Assembly (NCBI GenBank): GCA_026625185.1
Contig: CP113000.1
Location: 3,162,651-3,194,650 of the forward strand
Length of the DNA: 32,000 bases
From: Thermodesulfobacteriota bacterium
GTDB taxonomy: Bacteria > Desulfobacterota > WTBG01 > JAGOGO01
Direction of reading: 5' to 3'
The notes beneath the pieces were generated by a model. The model was given only the letters and a program-made list of their open reading frames with translations, had not been told where the DNA came from and searched no databases. Made by a program: the position numbers and the translations under genes. How positions within the stretch are numbered: position 1 is the stretch's first letter; each line of letters starts with the position of its first letter. Positions 9,927 to 17,636 of this stretch are shown here, in pieces.

Positions 9927-10700
9927 TTAACTGTCAAATTCCGCCCAAATAACCGTGTGGTCGGAAGGTTTTTGGGCTAACCGGGGAGCAACATCTATGG
10001 AAGCACAAAGCAATTTTTCTGCCAGACAGGAAGTCGCCCACACATGATCAATCCGCCATCCTAATCCCCGGTTAACCGCGTGCGGAACTCTATAATCCCA
10101 AAAAGTATAAAATCCCCCTTGAGTTTCGTGTTTACGAAACACATCCACAAATCCCCACGCTTTAACCTGTGCAAGCGCACTGTGCTCGTCCGGATGAAAG
10201 CCGATACTTCCTAAAAGCCCATTGGGGTCATAGACATCTCGTGGCTCTGGGGCAACATTGAAATCCCCCACCCATAACAAGGGCTTATCTGGTTTAAATT
10301 CGCGGGAGAAATAATCGTGAAGACGATGAAACCAATCGAGTTTGTAGCGAAATTTTTCCGAATCCGGCGCAGAGCCCTGAGGAACGTAGGTATTTACAAT
10401 CGGGATATTGCCAATCGTGGCGGTAATTATCCTCGCATTTTCCTTATTATCTCCGTCGCCAAATCCAAAGAAAACGTCCGTTAAAGGCGTTTTACTTACG
10501 ATTGCAACCCCATTATAACCCTTTTCCCCACTGAAAGCTAAAAAGCAACCCAATTCCTCAAATGCCTCCAGCGGAAACTCGCTATCCTTCACCTTGGTTT
10601 CCTGGAGACATAAGACATCCGGTTTTTCCTTTACTAACCATTCACGGACAATATGAAGGCGAGCCCTGATGCCATTGGCATTAAAACTTGCTATCTTCAT
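9927..10700 (-). CDS. xthA: Exodeoxyribonuclease III (AP endonuclease)
   Basis: MKIASFNANGIRARL...DVLCLQETKV...GDFNVAP...SDHTVIW is the Xth/EEP fold. The start is set at the ATG at 10700. The upstream 31 codons of ORF 9927..10793 do not look like Xth. Confidence 0.93.
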   Translation of the reverse strand: MKIASFNANGIRARLHIVREWLVKEKPDVLCLQETKVKDSEFPLEAFEELGCFLAFSGEKGYNGVAIVSKTPLTDVFFGFGDGDNKENARIITATIGNIPIVNTYVPQGSAPDSEKFRYKLDWFHRLHDYFSREFKPDKPLLWVGDFNVAPEPRDVYDPNGLLGSIGFHPDEHSALAQVKAWGFVDVFRKHETQGGFYTFWDYRVPHAVNRGLGWRIDHVWATSCLAEKLLCASIDVAPRLAQKPSDHTVIWAEFDS

Positions 10701-11397
10701 AACCAAAAGAAACCTTTGATGAACGGGAAAAATTACATTTTTCCCTATGGTAGAGTTGTTTTCCGTAAAAAAAACTACTCCCGTGAACCTCAAAACGTAA
10801 TTATCTCAGAGAATTAAAGAGACAATCAAGTTTTTCAAGACTTACCCGTCAAAATTGATTTAGAGGGATATAAAAAATTTTGTCAAGAAATTTAAGAATA
10901 GGCGTGAGGAGGTGCTCTGTTTGGCTTTTGTTTTAGAGCATTATGGACAAATACGGTAACTCCATTAACTCATTTAAATTATACCCATTAAGCAGCCTTT
11001 TGATAACCATCATAGCCAGGCAACTTACCTGTCTTTGTAAATATTTTACCGGCACGTGTAATACCCAACCCCGCGTGGTTGTGCCCGGTGAAAACCACTA
11101 ACACGGTGAAAAAATCAATCGGGGAAGTAAAGTCCATTGAGGTAATCAGGATGGCTCCAATTCAATTAATTATTTCCCTTTTCGGGAATAGAGTAAAGCC
11201 GATAACGTCCTTTTGAAAAAAGAGCGGAAAAGAACTTATCTCCATTTTTTCAAAAAAAGTACTATCGAAAGATAACCAAGACCTAATCCCCAAGGACCAA
11301 AGACACAACCGGGGCTTCCACCGCTATAATCACTTGTGGGTTAAACTATGACCAGAGGATTATAAAAGCTTTGTATCCCGATCAGTCCGGAATTTTT

Positions 11398-11736
11398 CTA
11401 ATATCTCCGGCCGCCGCCGCCGCCGCGACCACCTCCGAAGCCCCCTCTGCCTTGGCCCCCGCCGCCACCTCGATAACCTCCCTGATCCCTTTTGGGGCGG
11501 GCTTCATTAACAGTGATGGTTTTCCCACGAAGCGTTCCACCATTGAACATTTTGATAGCTTCCTGAGCGTCTTTCTCTGTTTCCATTTCTACAAAACCAA
11601 AGCCTTTAGATAAACCGTTATATCTATCTCTGATGATATTTACGGCTACAACTTTTCCGGCCTCAGAAAAGTTGACCCGCAAATCTTCATCAGTGACTTC
11701 ATTGGCCAAGTTTCCAACAAATAAATTTTTATTCAT
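11398..11736 (-). CDS. RRM-type RNA-binding protein with a Gly/Arg-rich (RGG-like) C-terminal tail
   Basis: 112 aa. RNP-2 LFVGNL and RNP-1 KGFGFVEM. The tail reads GGYRGGGGGQGRGGFGGGRGGGGGRRY. Confidence 0.9.
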   Translation of the reverse strand: MNKNLFVGNLANEVTDEDLRVNFSEAGKVVAVNIIRDRYNGLSKGFGFVEMETEKDAQEAIKMFNGGTLRGKTITVNEARPKRDQGGYRGGGGGQGRGGFGGGRGGGGGRRY

Positions 11737-11823
11737 TTAAACCTCCTGTGCGTTATCGTCTTCCCTGGGTAAAAAAGCATTAAATCTGCCCATTACTCTT
11801 TATTGAGATGTTTTTTGTCGCTG

Positions 11824-12027
11824 TTATTGCAAAAGCTTCACATTAATCGCCGAGGGGCCTTTTTGCCCTTGCTGGATATCGAAGCTCACCCGCTGACCCT
11901 CATAGAGAGTTTTAAATCCGCTTTCCTGGATAGCGCTGTAATGAACAAACACATCTCTGCCTTCACCGGTTTCGATGAATCCAAAGCCCTTGTTTTCATT
12001 AAACCATTTTACTTTACCTTCAGACAT
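11824..12027 (-). CDS. cspA: Cold-shock protein, CspA family
   Basis: [33 protein letters not shown]... carries the RNP1 and RNP2 motifs. Start at the ATG at 12027, with the SD aaggagga upstream. The ORF-track N-terminal extension to 12069 is unlikely. Confidence 0.93.
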   Translation of the reverse strand: MSEGKVKWFNENKGFGFIETGEGRDVFVHYSAIQESGFKTLYEGQRVSFDIQQGQKGPSAINVKLLQ

Positions 12028-12070
12028 CTGAACATCCTCCTTTATAAAAATTTTCAAAAAGCCGGCCAAA

Positions 12071-12203
12071 CCACGTTAGAAGGATTTCAGACGGGGCATT
12101 TACCCCGTGTGAAAAAGTGTAAAAATTTTAACTCTACCCCTTACTTCTTCACACGGTTAGATATTTGAGATATAACCGGGCAAGCAGGGCATTTCTAATG
12201 TGG
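12071..12203 (+). repeat. Structured intergenic repeat, copy 1 (long form, 133 bp) with 11-bp terminal inverted repeats; MITE/REP-like
   Basis: ccacgttagaa (12071-12081) pairs with ttctaatgtgg (12193-12203). There are internal hairpins. It is homologous to 17637-17695 and, on the opposite strand, to 29356-29453. Flanks are cAAA and TAAA. Confidence 0.7.
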
Positions 12204-12341
12204 TAAACAATGGCAGAAAAAAAAACCACCAAAACTCTTGAGAGCATGGCGGTTCACCTTTGCACTTCAAAATTTTTGCCGACTTTTGCTGTGTCCAACT
12301 AACCAATGAAAATTTCATGGACACTTTTTGAATGTGACTAA

Positions 12342-12370
12342 ATCGTAAACCTGTTTTTGCACAAAGTCAA
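12342..12370 (-). promoter_or_regulatory. Candidate sigma70-type promoter for csp (TTGACT-17-TACGAT on the minus strand)
   Basis: The reverse complement of 12342-12370 reads TTGACTttgtgcaaaaacaggttTACGAT. This implies a ~300-nt leader that contains repeat copy 1. Confidence 0.4.
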
Positions 12371-12494
12371 GGTTTTTGTAAAAACATTGTATCACTAATC
12401 CTTTCAATTTTTGATTAGGAGTTGTTTTGTTTCCCTTCAACAACCAAAAAGCTTAGCCACTAATCAAAAGCGGCGCTTTAAAAAAACTGGTGGA

Positions 12495-13295
12495 TTAGTA
12501 GGTTGCATAATTTTCAACAAATTCCGCTAGCCCTTTAAAATATTGTTCTTTTCCCACGTGCATGATGCTATTGTGGTCAGCACGGGGAATAATGATCATT
12601 TTTTTATTCTCTGCCCCTGAATTCGCGAAAAGAGCTTTGCCCTCTTCCAAAGGAACCAAAGAATCATATTCAGCGTGGATAATAAGGGTAGGTTTTTTAA
12701 CGAGACGAATTTTTTCTTTGTTGAAGAAATTTCTTCCTTCCTTCCACACCGGATGTTCAAAAGAGATAAGACCAAAGAGTCCTAAGTAATGCCGAAAGTT
12801 CGTTGCTGATCCGCTTTCAACAATAATCCCAGCGAGATCATCCTGATATTCCCGGGCAACTTCAATAGCACAAATACTTCCCAAAGACCGACCCATAACA
12901 AAAAGTGCCCCTGAACAGCCATTATCCTCAAGCCATCGTTTCACTCTGAAAAAAATTATTTTTGCATCTTTAAGAAGGTTGGCAATAGTAGGATCACCAT
13001 CACTATACCCATATCCCCGGTAATCAACAACCAGCAAATTTAGTTTTACGTCATTAAAAAAAGGGGCAATCTCATCATAATCAGGCGCGACTTCACCGTT
13101 TCCGTGAAAAAAAAGAATGGTGGGAGAAATTTGTTGCGCTTTATAAAAACGGCAGGCAATGTGTATCCCTGGTTCAACCTCAAAAAAAAGGTTTCTGGGA
13201 TCATCCTTGCCCGCGTCAGGCAATTTGGCAGGGTAAAAAAGAACGTTGTGAATCTCCGGCTGATCGAAGATTTCGAGAGGATCACATGATTCCAT
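12495..13295 (-). CDS. Alpha/beta-fold hydrolase (serine hydrolase)
   Basis: 266 aa. Oxyanion HGNGE, nucleophile elbow GRSLGS, and later D (YDSLVP) and H (ADHNSI) residues. Confidence 0.8.
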   Translation of the reverse strand: MESCDPLEIFDQPEIHNVLFYPAKLPDAGKDDPRNLFFEVEPGIHIACRFYKAQQISPTILFFHGNGEVAPDYDEIAPFFNDVKLNLLVVDYRGYGYSDGDPTIANLLKDAKIIFFRVKRWLEDNGCSGALFVMGRSLGSICAIEVAREYQDDLAGIIVESGSATNFRHYLGLFGLISFEHPVWKEGRNFFNKEKIRLVKKPTLIIHAEYDSLVPLEEGKALFANSGAENKKMIIIPRADHNSIMHVGKEQYFKGLAEFVENYATY

Positions 13296-13370
13296 ACGCG
13301 CCCGCTTTCTTTTTTATAATTAATTTACCTTCCAATAATCTTAACCAACTAGTTTTGAAGCTGAAAAAGT

Positions 13371-13787
13371 TTATTCCCCGATAATTTTAACCAGCGCCCG
13401 CTTTTTCCGGCGACCGTCAAATTCACCGTAGAAGATCTGCTCCCAAGGCCCGAAGTCAAGCTTGCCGTTAGTAACAGCAACCACGACCTCCCGACCCATA
13501 ACCTGCCGCTTCAAATGAGCATCAGCGTTATCTTCACACACATTATGTCTGTATTGAGCCTCGGGAGCGTGAGGAGCCAGCTTTTCGAGCCACACCTCAA
13601 AATCCTGGTGGAGGCCTGACTCATCGTCATTAATAAATACTGATGCGGTGATATGCATCGCGTTAACCAAAATAAGTCCCTCTCTGATGCCGCTTTCCTT
13701 CAGACACTCTTCTATCTGGGGTGTGATATTGATAAAACCCCTCCGGCTGGGAACATTAAACCATAATTCTTTGCGAAAGATTTTCAT
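13371..13787 (-). CDS. yjbQ: YjbQ/UPF0047 family protein (secondary thiamine-phosphate synthase-like)
   Basis: 138 aa. [26 protein letters not shown]...EDNADAHLK...[13 protein letters not shown] is characteristic of UPF0047. Confidence 0.88.
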   Translation of the reverse strand: MKIFRKELWFNVPSRRGFINITPQIEECLKESGIREGLILVNAMHITASVFINDDESGLHQDFEVWLEKLAPHAPEAQYRHNVCEDNADAHLKRQVMGREVVVAVTNGKLDFGPWEQIFYGEFDGRRKKRALVKIIGE

Positions 13788-13999
13788 AAATCTCTTTCTC
13801 GTTCCTCTTCAGTGAGTGCTGGAGGTGATAATAAGACTCAGGACGCCGGTTTGTTCTCTTCATTCCGGCTAATCGCCAATGTGCTTTGCATTTTTTTTAA
13901 AATATAACATACAATGAGTGCTCTCAGCAAATCAGTTTTACCCCGCCCCTTCTCATAGCTCGAGCGGGTTTTTTTGTTTGCCGGAATATTTTTATTTTG

Positions 14000-14027
14000 T
14001 TGACTTTTTTTTCTTATAAATTAATAT
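14000..14027 (+). promoter_or_regulatory. Candidate sigma70 promoter (TTGACT-16-TAATAT)
   Basis: TTGACT at 14000-14005, a 16-nt spacer, and TAATAT at 14022-14027. It lies in the divergent yjbQ/nhaA intergenic region. Confidence 0.5.
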
Positions 14028-14122
14028 TAAGTACTATGTGGAGAGGAATTGAATAAAAATTAATAATTTATTTTTTAGGGTTCAGAAAAGATAGTCTTTT
14101 CTGGAGGGTAAGGTGATAGTCG

Positions 14123-14160
14123 GGCCGCTATCTTTAAAAAAGACAGTGGCCTTTTTATTT
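14123..14160 (+). terminator. Intrinsic terminator-like hairpin plus T-tract, 340 nt upstream of nhaA
   Basis: ggccgctatcttt (14123-14135) pairs with aaagacagtggcc (14139-14151). The stem is 13 bp with one G-T and one A-C. It is followed by tttttattt. Confidence 0.6.
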
Positions 14161-14272
14161 GCTTTTTAAATACAAGAGAATGTTTTTTGTACATCGTTTC
14201 AAATTTACATTTTTGAATAAGCGTTAAGTTATATCCAACAACCCATAAATATTAAGCGGAGGTGTGTACCGA

Positions 14273-14422
14273 ATGGAAAAACATAGTGAATGGTTTATAT
14301 TGAGTGATGCGGGGTATTTCGCTGCGCTTTTTATCGGGGGGTTCTTTTTTTTCTATATCCTCCCTCGGCTTGTAAAAAAATTTAAAAAAACTAAAATTGA
14401 GTCCAACACAAAAAATAGGTAA
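14273..14422 (+). CDS. Small (49 aa) predicted single-pass membrane protein upstream of nhaA
   Basis: Below the ORF-track cutoff. My translation is MEKHSEWFILSDAGYFAALFIGGFFFFYILPRLVKKFKKTKIESNTKNR. The SD gcggaggtg ends 7 nt before the ATG. It has a hydrophobic core followed by a basic tail. Confidence 0.4.
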   Translation: MEKHSEWFILSDAGYFAALFIGGFFFFYILPRLVKKFKKTKIESNTKNR

Positions 14423-14498
14423 TGAATTATTTTGGAAGCTAAAGAGCGGTGCTGGCTTATGACCAAACGGACAGGGAATATGCCTGATTGTCAAGCCT

Positions 14499-15686
14499 AT
14501 GAAAACAAAACTGACTAAACTCTTTATGGAATTTTTTGACAGTGAGCGGGCTTCGGGAATTATCCTCATCCTTTGCACGGTTGCTTCAATTGCTATAACC
14601 CATTCTTATTTCGGAAATGGTTACTCGGACTTTTGGCATACCAAGGTTGGGTTCGAGTTTGGTGATACTTTCTCCTTGAAATACAGTTTGAGACACTGGA
14701 TTAATGACGGCTTGATGGTGTTTTTCTTTCTGTTGATTGGGCTTGAAATTGAAAGAGAGCTTTATGTCGGTGAACTTTCTAACCCGAAAAATGCGTTATT
14801 GCCAATAGTTGCCGCCATTGGCGGTATGGTAACACCCGCTCTACTTCACTTCCTTCTCAATCGGGGAACCGAAACATCAGGCGGTGCTGGTATTCCAATG
14901 GCAACAGACATTGCTTTTGCACTTGGCGTGCTTGCCCTATTAGGAAATAGAGTTCCAGTCTCACTAAGGATTTTTCTTGCTGCCTTAGCCATCATAGACG
15001 ACTTGGGCGCAATTATCATTATTGCCCTGTTTTATGTGGGCGAGTTCTCACTCCTATATCTTTTCTTGGCATTAGGAATATTTGCCGGATTACTGATTCT
15101 AAATCGTTTAGGGTTAACTTGGCTACCCCTTTACCTTGTCCCAGGCTTTATCATGGGGTGCTTTATGCTCAAATCTGGTGTCCATTCAACAATTGCTGGC
15201 GTTCTTCTTGCTTTTGCCATTCCATTTGGGCGTGGTGATAACAAATCGCCATCCTACAAATTGCAACATTTCTTGCATAAACCAGTTGCCTTTATCATTA
15301 TGCCTCTTTTTGCACTTGCAAATACGAGTATTGCTCTGCCAGGAAACTGGATTGAAAGCTTGACAACATCAAACAGTTTAGGCATTTTTGCTGGCTTGTT
15401 CGTTGGCAAGCCGCTGGGCATTGTTCTGTTTAGTCTTTTAGCGGTCAAATTAGGATTATCTCAATTGCCCAGCGATGTGTTTTGGAAGCATTTCATTGGT
15501 GTGGGTTTTCTTGGAGGCATCGGTTTTACCATGTCAATCTTTATCACGGTGTTGGCTTTCAGTAATCCCGAAGTCGTCCAAAGTTCAAAGATTAGCATTT
15601 TGCTTAGTTCACTTTTGGCGGGTATTTTTGGTTTTTTAATTTTGAACCATCAAACAGCCCGAAAATCTAATCCTTCTTCTGTTTGA
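14499..15686 (+). CDS. nhaA: Na+/H+ antiporter NhaA
   Basis: 395 aa. LRHWINDGLMVFFFLLIGLEIERE and AIIDDLGAIIIIALFY (conserved DD pair) are NhaA signatures. It has about 11-12 hydrophobic segments. Confidence 0.93.
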   Translation: MKTKLTKLFMEFFDSERASGIILILCTVASIAITHSYFGNGYSDFWHTKVGFEFGDTFSLKYSLRHWINDGLMVFFFLLIGLEIERELYVGELSNPKNALLPIVAAIGGMVTPALLHFLLNRGTETSGGAGIPMATDIAFALGVLALLGNRVPVSLRIFLAALAIIDDLGAIIIIALFYVGEFSLLYLFLALGIFAGLLILNRLGLTWLPLYLVPGFIMGCFMLKSGVHSTIAGVLLAFAIPFGRGDNKSPSYKLQHFLHKPVAFIIMPLFALANTSIALPGNWIESLTTSNSLGIFAGLFVGKPLGIVLFSLLAVKLGLSQLPSDVFWKHFIGVGFLGGIGFTMSIFITVLAFSNPEVVQSSKISILLSSLLAGIFGFLILNHQTARKSNPSSV

Positions 15687-15874
15687 ACAGGACAGACGCG
15701 ACCTAAACTAAACATGCTTGCGCCTGACTTGCTTCGCCCAACTCCAAGACCTCTTAAAAAAAGTCGTTTGAGACGCGTTTTTCCCATACTTCAGGAGGCT
15801 AAAACCCTCGATATTCCTCCCCTACCCTACCCTCCGAATTTTATTCCGTTTATTAACCACTTACCGAAATAGTT

Positions 15875-15903
15875 TTGACTTGCTCTCACCGTTACTTTAT
15901 AAT
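15875..15903 (+). promoter_or_regulatory. Perfect-consensus sigma70 promoter (TTGACT-17-TATAAT)
   Basis: TTGACT at 15875-15880, an exact 17-nt spacer, and TATAAT at 15898-15903. It lies ~107 nt upstream of the 541-aa ORF. Confidence 0.65.
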
Positions 15904-16009
15904 TTTCTTTAAAATGAAAAAAACTTTAGGGTTTCAATGACGGAAATGACTACAATTTTTGAATCTGTAATTAATTCAATAGATTTTGAGAACAGCGGAG
16001 TAAGAAACC

Positions 16010-17635
16010 ATGGCAAAAAAAAGCAGAAAAAAAAGTGTCGGCAATGACCAAGAAAATGAATTACCCATTAAGAAAGGACCAGGAAAATTACTGGAAGAAA
16101 TTATTCAAGAAACACATAAACCTGATTGTAATCTTATCCTTTTAGACGGCAAAATCAGGGAGCTGGAGAAGTCAGGAGAAAATTATCTTCCTTTGTTAAT
16201 GAAAAAGTTGCGACAGGGAAATTCCTCGGAACAAAAAATAGTCTTAGATCTTTTGATCCGGAAAAAGAGTGACCAAATTATCAAAAATATAAAAAAAATA
16301 ATTAGCGAAAACAATGTGTCCGTTAACATCCTGAGACAGGCGCTGCTTCAGCTTAAAAAATGGGAAGAACCGGTTGATGAAAATTTACTAAAACTTTTGG
16401 AAGAAGGAGAAAGTATCATTTATGCCATCCAAAAATTTATTGAGGTGGGCGGATTTTTGGAAGAAGAAACAGAGGATGCTATCTTCAAAAAGTTTGCCTC
16501 CTTGCCGGGACACCTAAAATTTCCCCTCATTAAACAAATAGTGGATGATTTTCCTAAAGCTTTCCCTTTTATTCTGCGACTGATTAAAGAAGAGTCCGAT
16601 TTAGATGAGAAAACCATTAATTTGTTTGCTTCGAACGCCACCGCAGAGGTAGGAGAAATTTTTAGCGACCTGGTGAAGAATACCAAAGATAAAAATCTCC
16701 GCCGGCTGTTAAAGCGCCATCTGTTCCAAATGAAAAGCAGGGGCTTAGAGGTGGTTATCCCCGAAACTGATGAGAGTGAGCCTTTAAAAATTGTAAACTT
16801 TGAGCCATCTAAGGCCACGGTTTACATCAGCGGCATCGATTATGTAGGAGACCGTTTACTCTTTTTAAGTAAGTCGGTTTTACGGTGGGGAGTGCTATTT
16901 TTTCAAATTACCCTCAGTGATCAAGAGGGTATAAAAAATTTTAGCGCCTTCGATCTTAAACGAAAAGAGATAAAAAACTTTCTCAAGAAGATTTCTGAAG
17001 ATGGTGTGGTTCACTTTATTGAAATTACTCCTGAATACGGTTACTTCCTTATTGATGAAGCCTACCAGATTAACCTGCAAAAAGGAATTCCTTTACCGGA
17101 GCAATTTCACCAGTGGAAATTAGAGATAGATGACCTGAGGGGAGCAGTAACCGAACCAATAATTTATTCTTGTATATCTCCCGAAACTATCCACCAGGCG
17201 ACCCTCAATGCTGCACGGGATCAGTATCTTTCTCTTTTTGAGCTTGAAGAATTCAAGGGCTGTTTTTTGGAACCACGATTGGTCTGGGGATATGTGGAAA
17301 AACTAAAGGCCATTAAAGAGAGTCCTTTGATTTTGGACCCCTTTAACGTTGAGCAAAGACGAGAAGCAATTTTTTCTGAGGCAATTCAGAAAATATTTGA
17401 TGAAGATTTGCGGAGAATTTACCAGCGGCGTTTGGAAGAAACCGCCTATCTGCTCTTTCGCACGAATAGGGAAGAAGCAGCTAATTGCGCTCTGTGCGCG
17501 GCTTGGGATCTTAAACCTCAAGGAATTGCTTCGGAGAAGCATGGTTTTTTACAAAAACTGGTTCAGCGAAGCATCCTTTTTTATGCTGAAGGTACTGAAC
17601 GTCGCCGGGATAACTCTTTGATTGTCACCAGGTAA
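16010..17635 (+). CDS. Hypothetical protein, 541 aa, no family recognised
   Basis: Long ORF with host-like AT-rich codon usage. SD ggag 9-12 nt upstream of the ATG. Lys-rich N-terminus, then a helical-repeat-like region (my impression only). No catalytic motif recognised. Confidence 0.75.
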   Translation: MAKKSRKKSVGNDQENELPIKKGPGKLLEEIIQETHKPDCNLILLDGKIRELEKSGENYLPLLMKKLRQGNSSEQKIVLDLLIRKKSDQIIKNIKKIISENNVSVNILRQALLQLKKWEEPVDENLLKLLEEGESIIYAIQKFIEVGGFLEEETEDAIFKKFASLPGHLKFPLIKQIVDDFPKAFPFILRLIKEESDLDEKTINLFASNATAEVGEIFSDLVKNTKDKNLRRLLKRHLFQMKSRGLEVVIPETDESEPLKIVNFEPSKATVYISGIDYVGDRLLFLSKSVLRWGVLFFQITLSDQEGIKNFSAFDLKRKEIKNFLKKISEDGVVHFIEITPEYGYFLIDEAYQINLQKGIPLPEQFHQWKLEIDDLRGAVTEPIIYSCISPETIHQATLNAARDQYLSLFELEEFKGCFLEPRLVWGYVEKLKAIKESPLILDPFNVEQRREAIFSEAIQKIFDEDLRRIYQRRLEETAYLLFRTNREEAANCALCAAWDLKPQGIASEKHGFLQKLVQRSILFYAEGTERRRDNSLIVTR

Positions 17636-17636
17636 A

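Noticed and set aside
11162-11164. In-frame TGA within the broken minus-strand ORF as possible recoding (selenocysteine or an alternative genetic code)
   Set aside because: Every well-supported protein in the window is full length under the standard code. No SECIS-like hairpin follows the TGA. Gene decay is the simpler explanation.
11803-12168. ORF-track entries antisense to or nested within confident genes (e.g. 11803..12168, 14252..14578, 6321..6773, 13046..13285, 16420..16818, and 21020..21283 plus the other frames across 21.0-22.0 kb, 23653..24081 and 24626..25039)
   Set aside because: Each overlaps a gene with strong family signatures on the opposite strand or in another frame. None has an SD or a recognisable motif. 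The clusters at 21-25 kb reflect locally higher G+C.
13788-13990. Possible TPP riboswitch upstream of yjbQ (a thiamine-related family), and a weak cccgc...gcggg-T7 terminator-like feature at about 13942-13975
   Set aside because: The minus-strand leader contains ctgagag but lacks the remaining THI-box elements (ACCC...CCTGATCTGGATAATGCCAGCG-like core). The hairpin has only ~5 bp with a 17-nt loop, and nothing upstream on that strand needs terminating.
15714-15872. A 52-aa Pro-rich ORF (MLAPDLLRPTPRPLKK...DIPPLPYPPNF...) after nhaA, containing the C-rich tract cctcccctaccctaccctcc (15816-15835), which is G-quadruplex-like on the minus strand
   Set aside because: It has no SD, low-complexity sequence and no recognisable family. 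The G-runs give only three G3 tracts, so a canonical G4 is doubtful. It may be a gene remnant.
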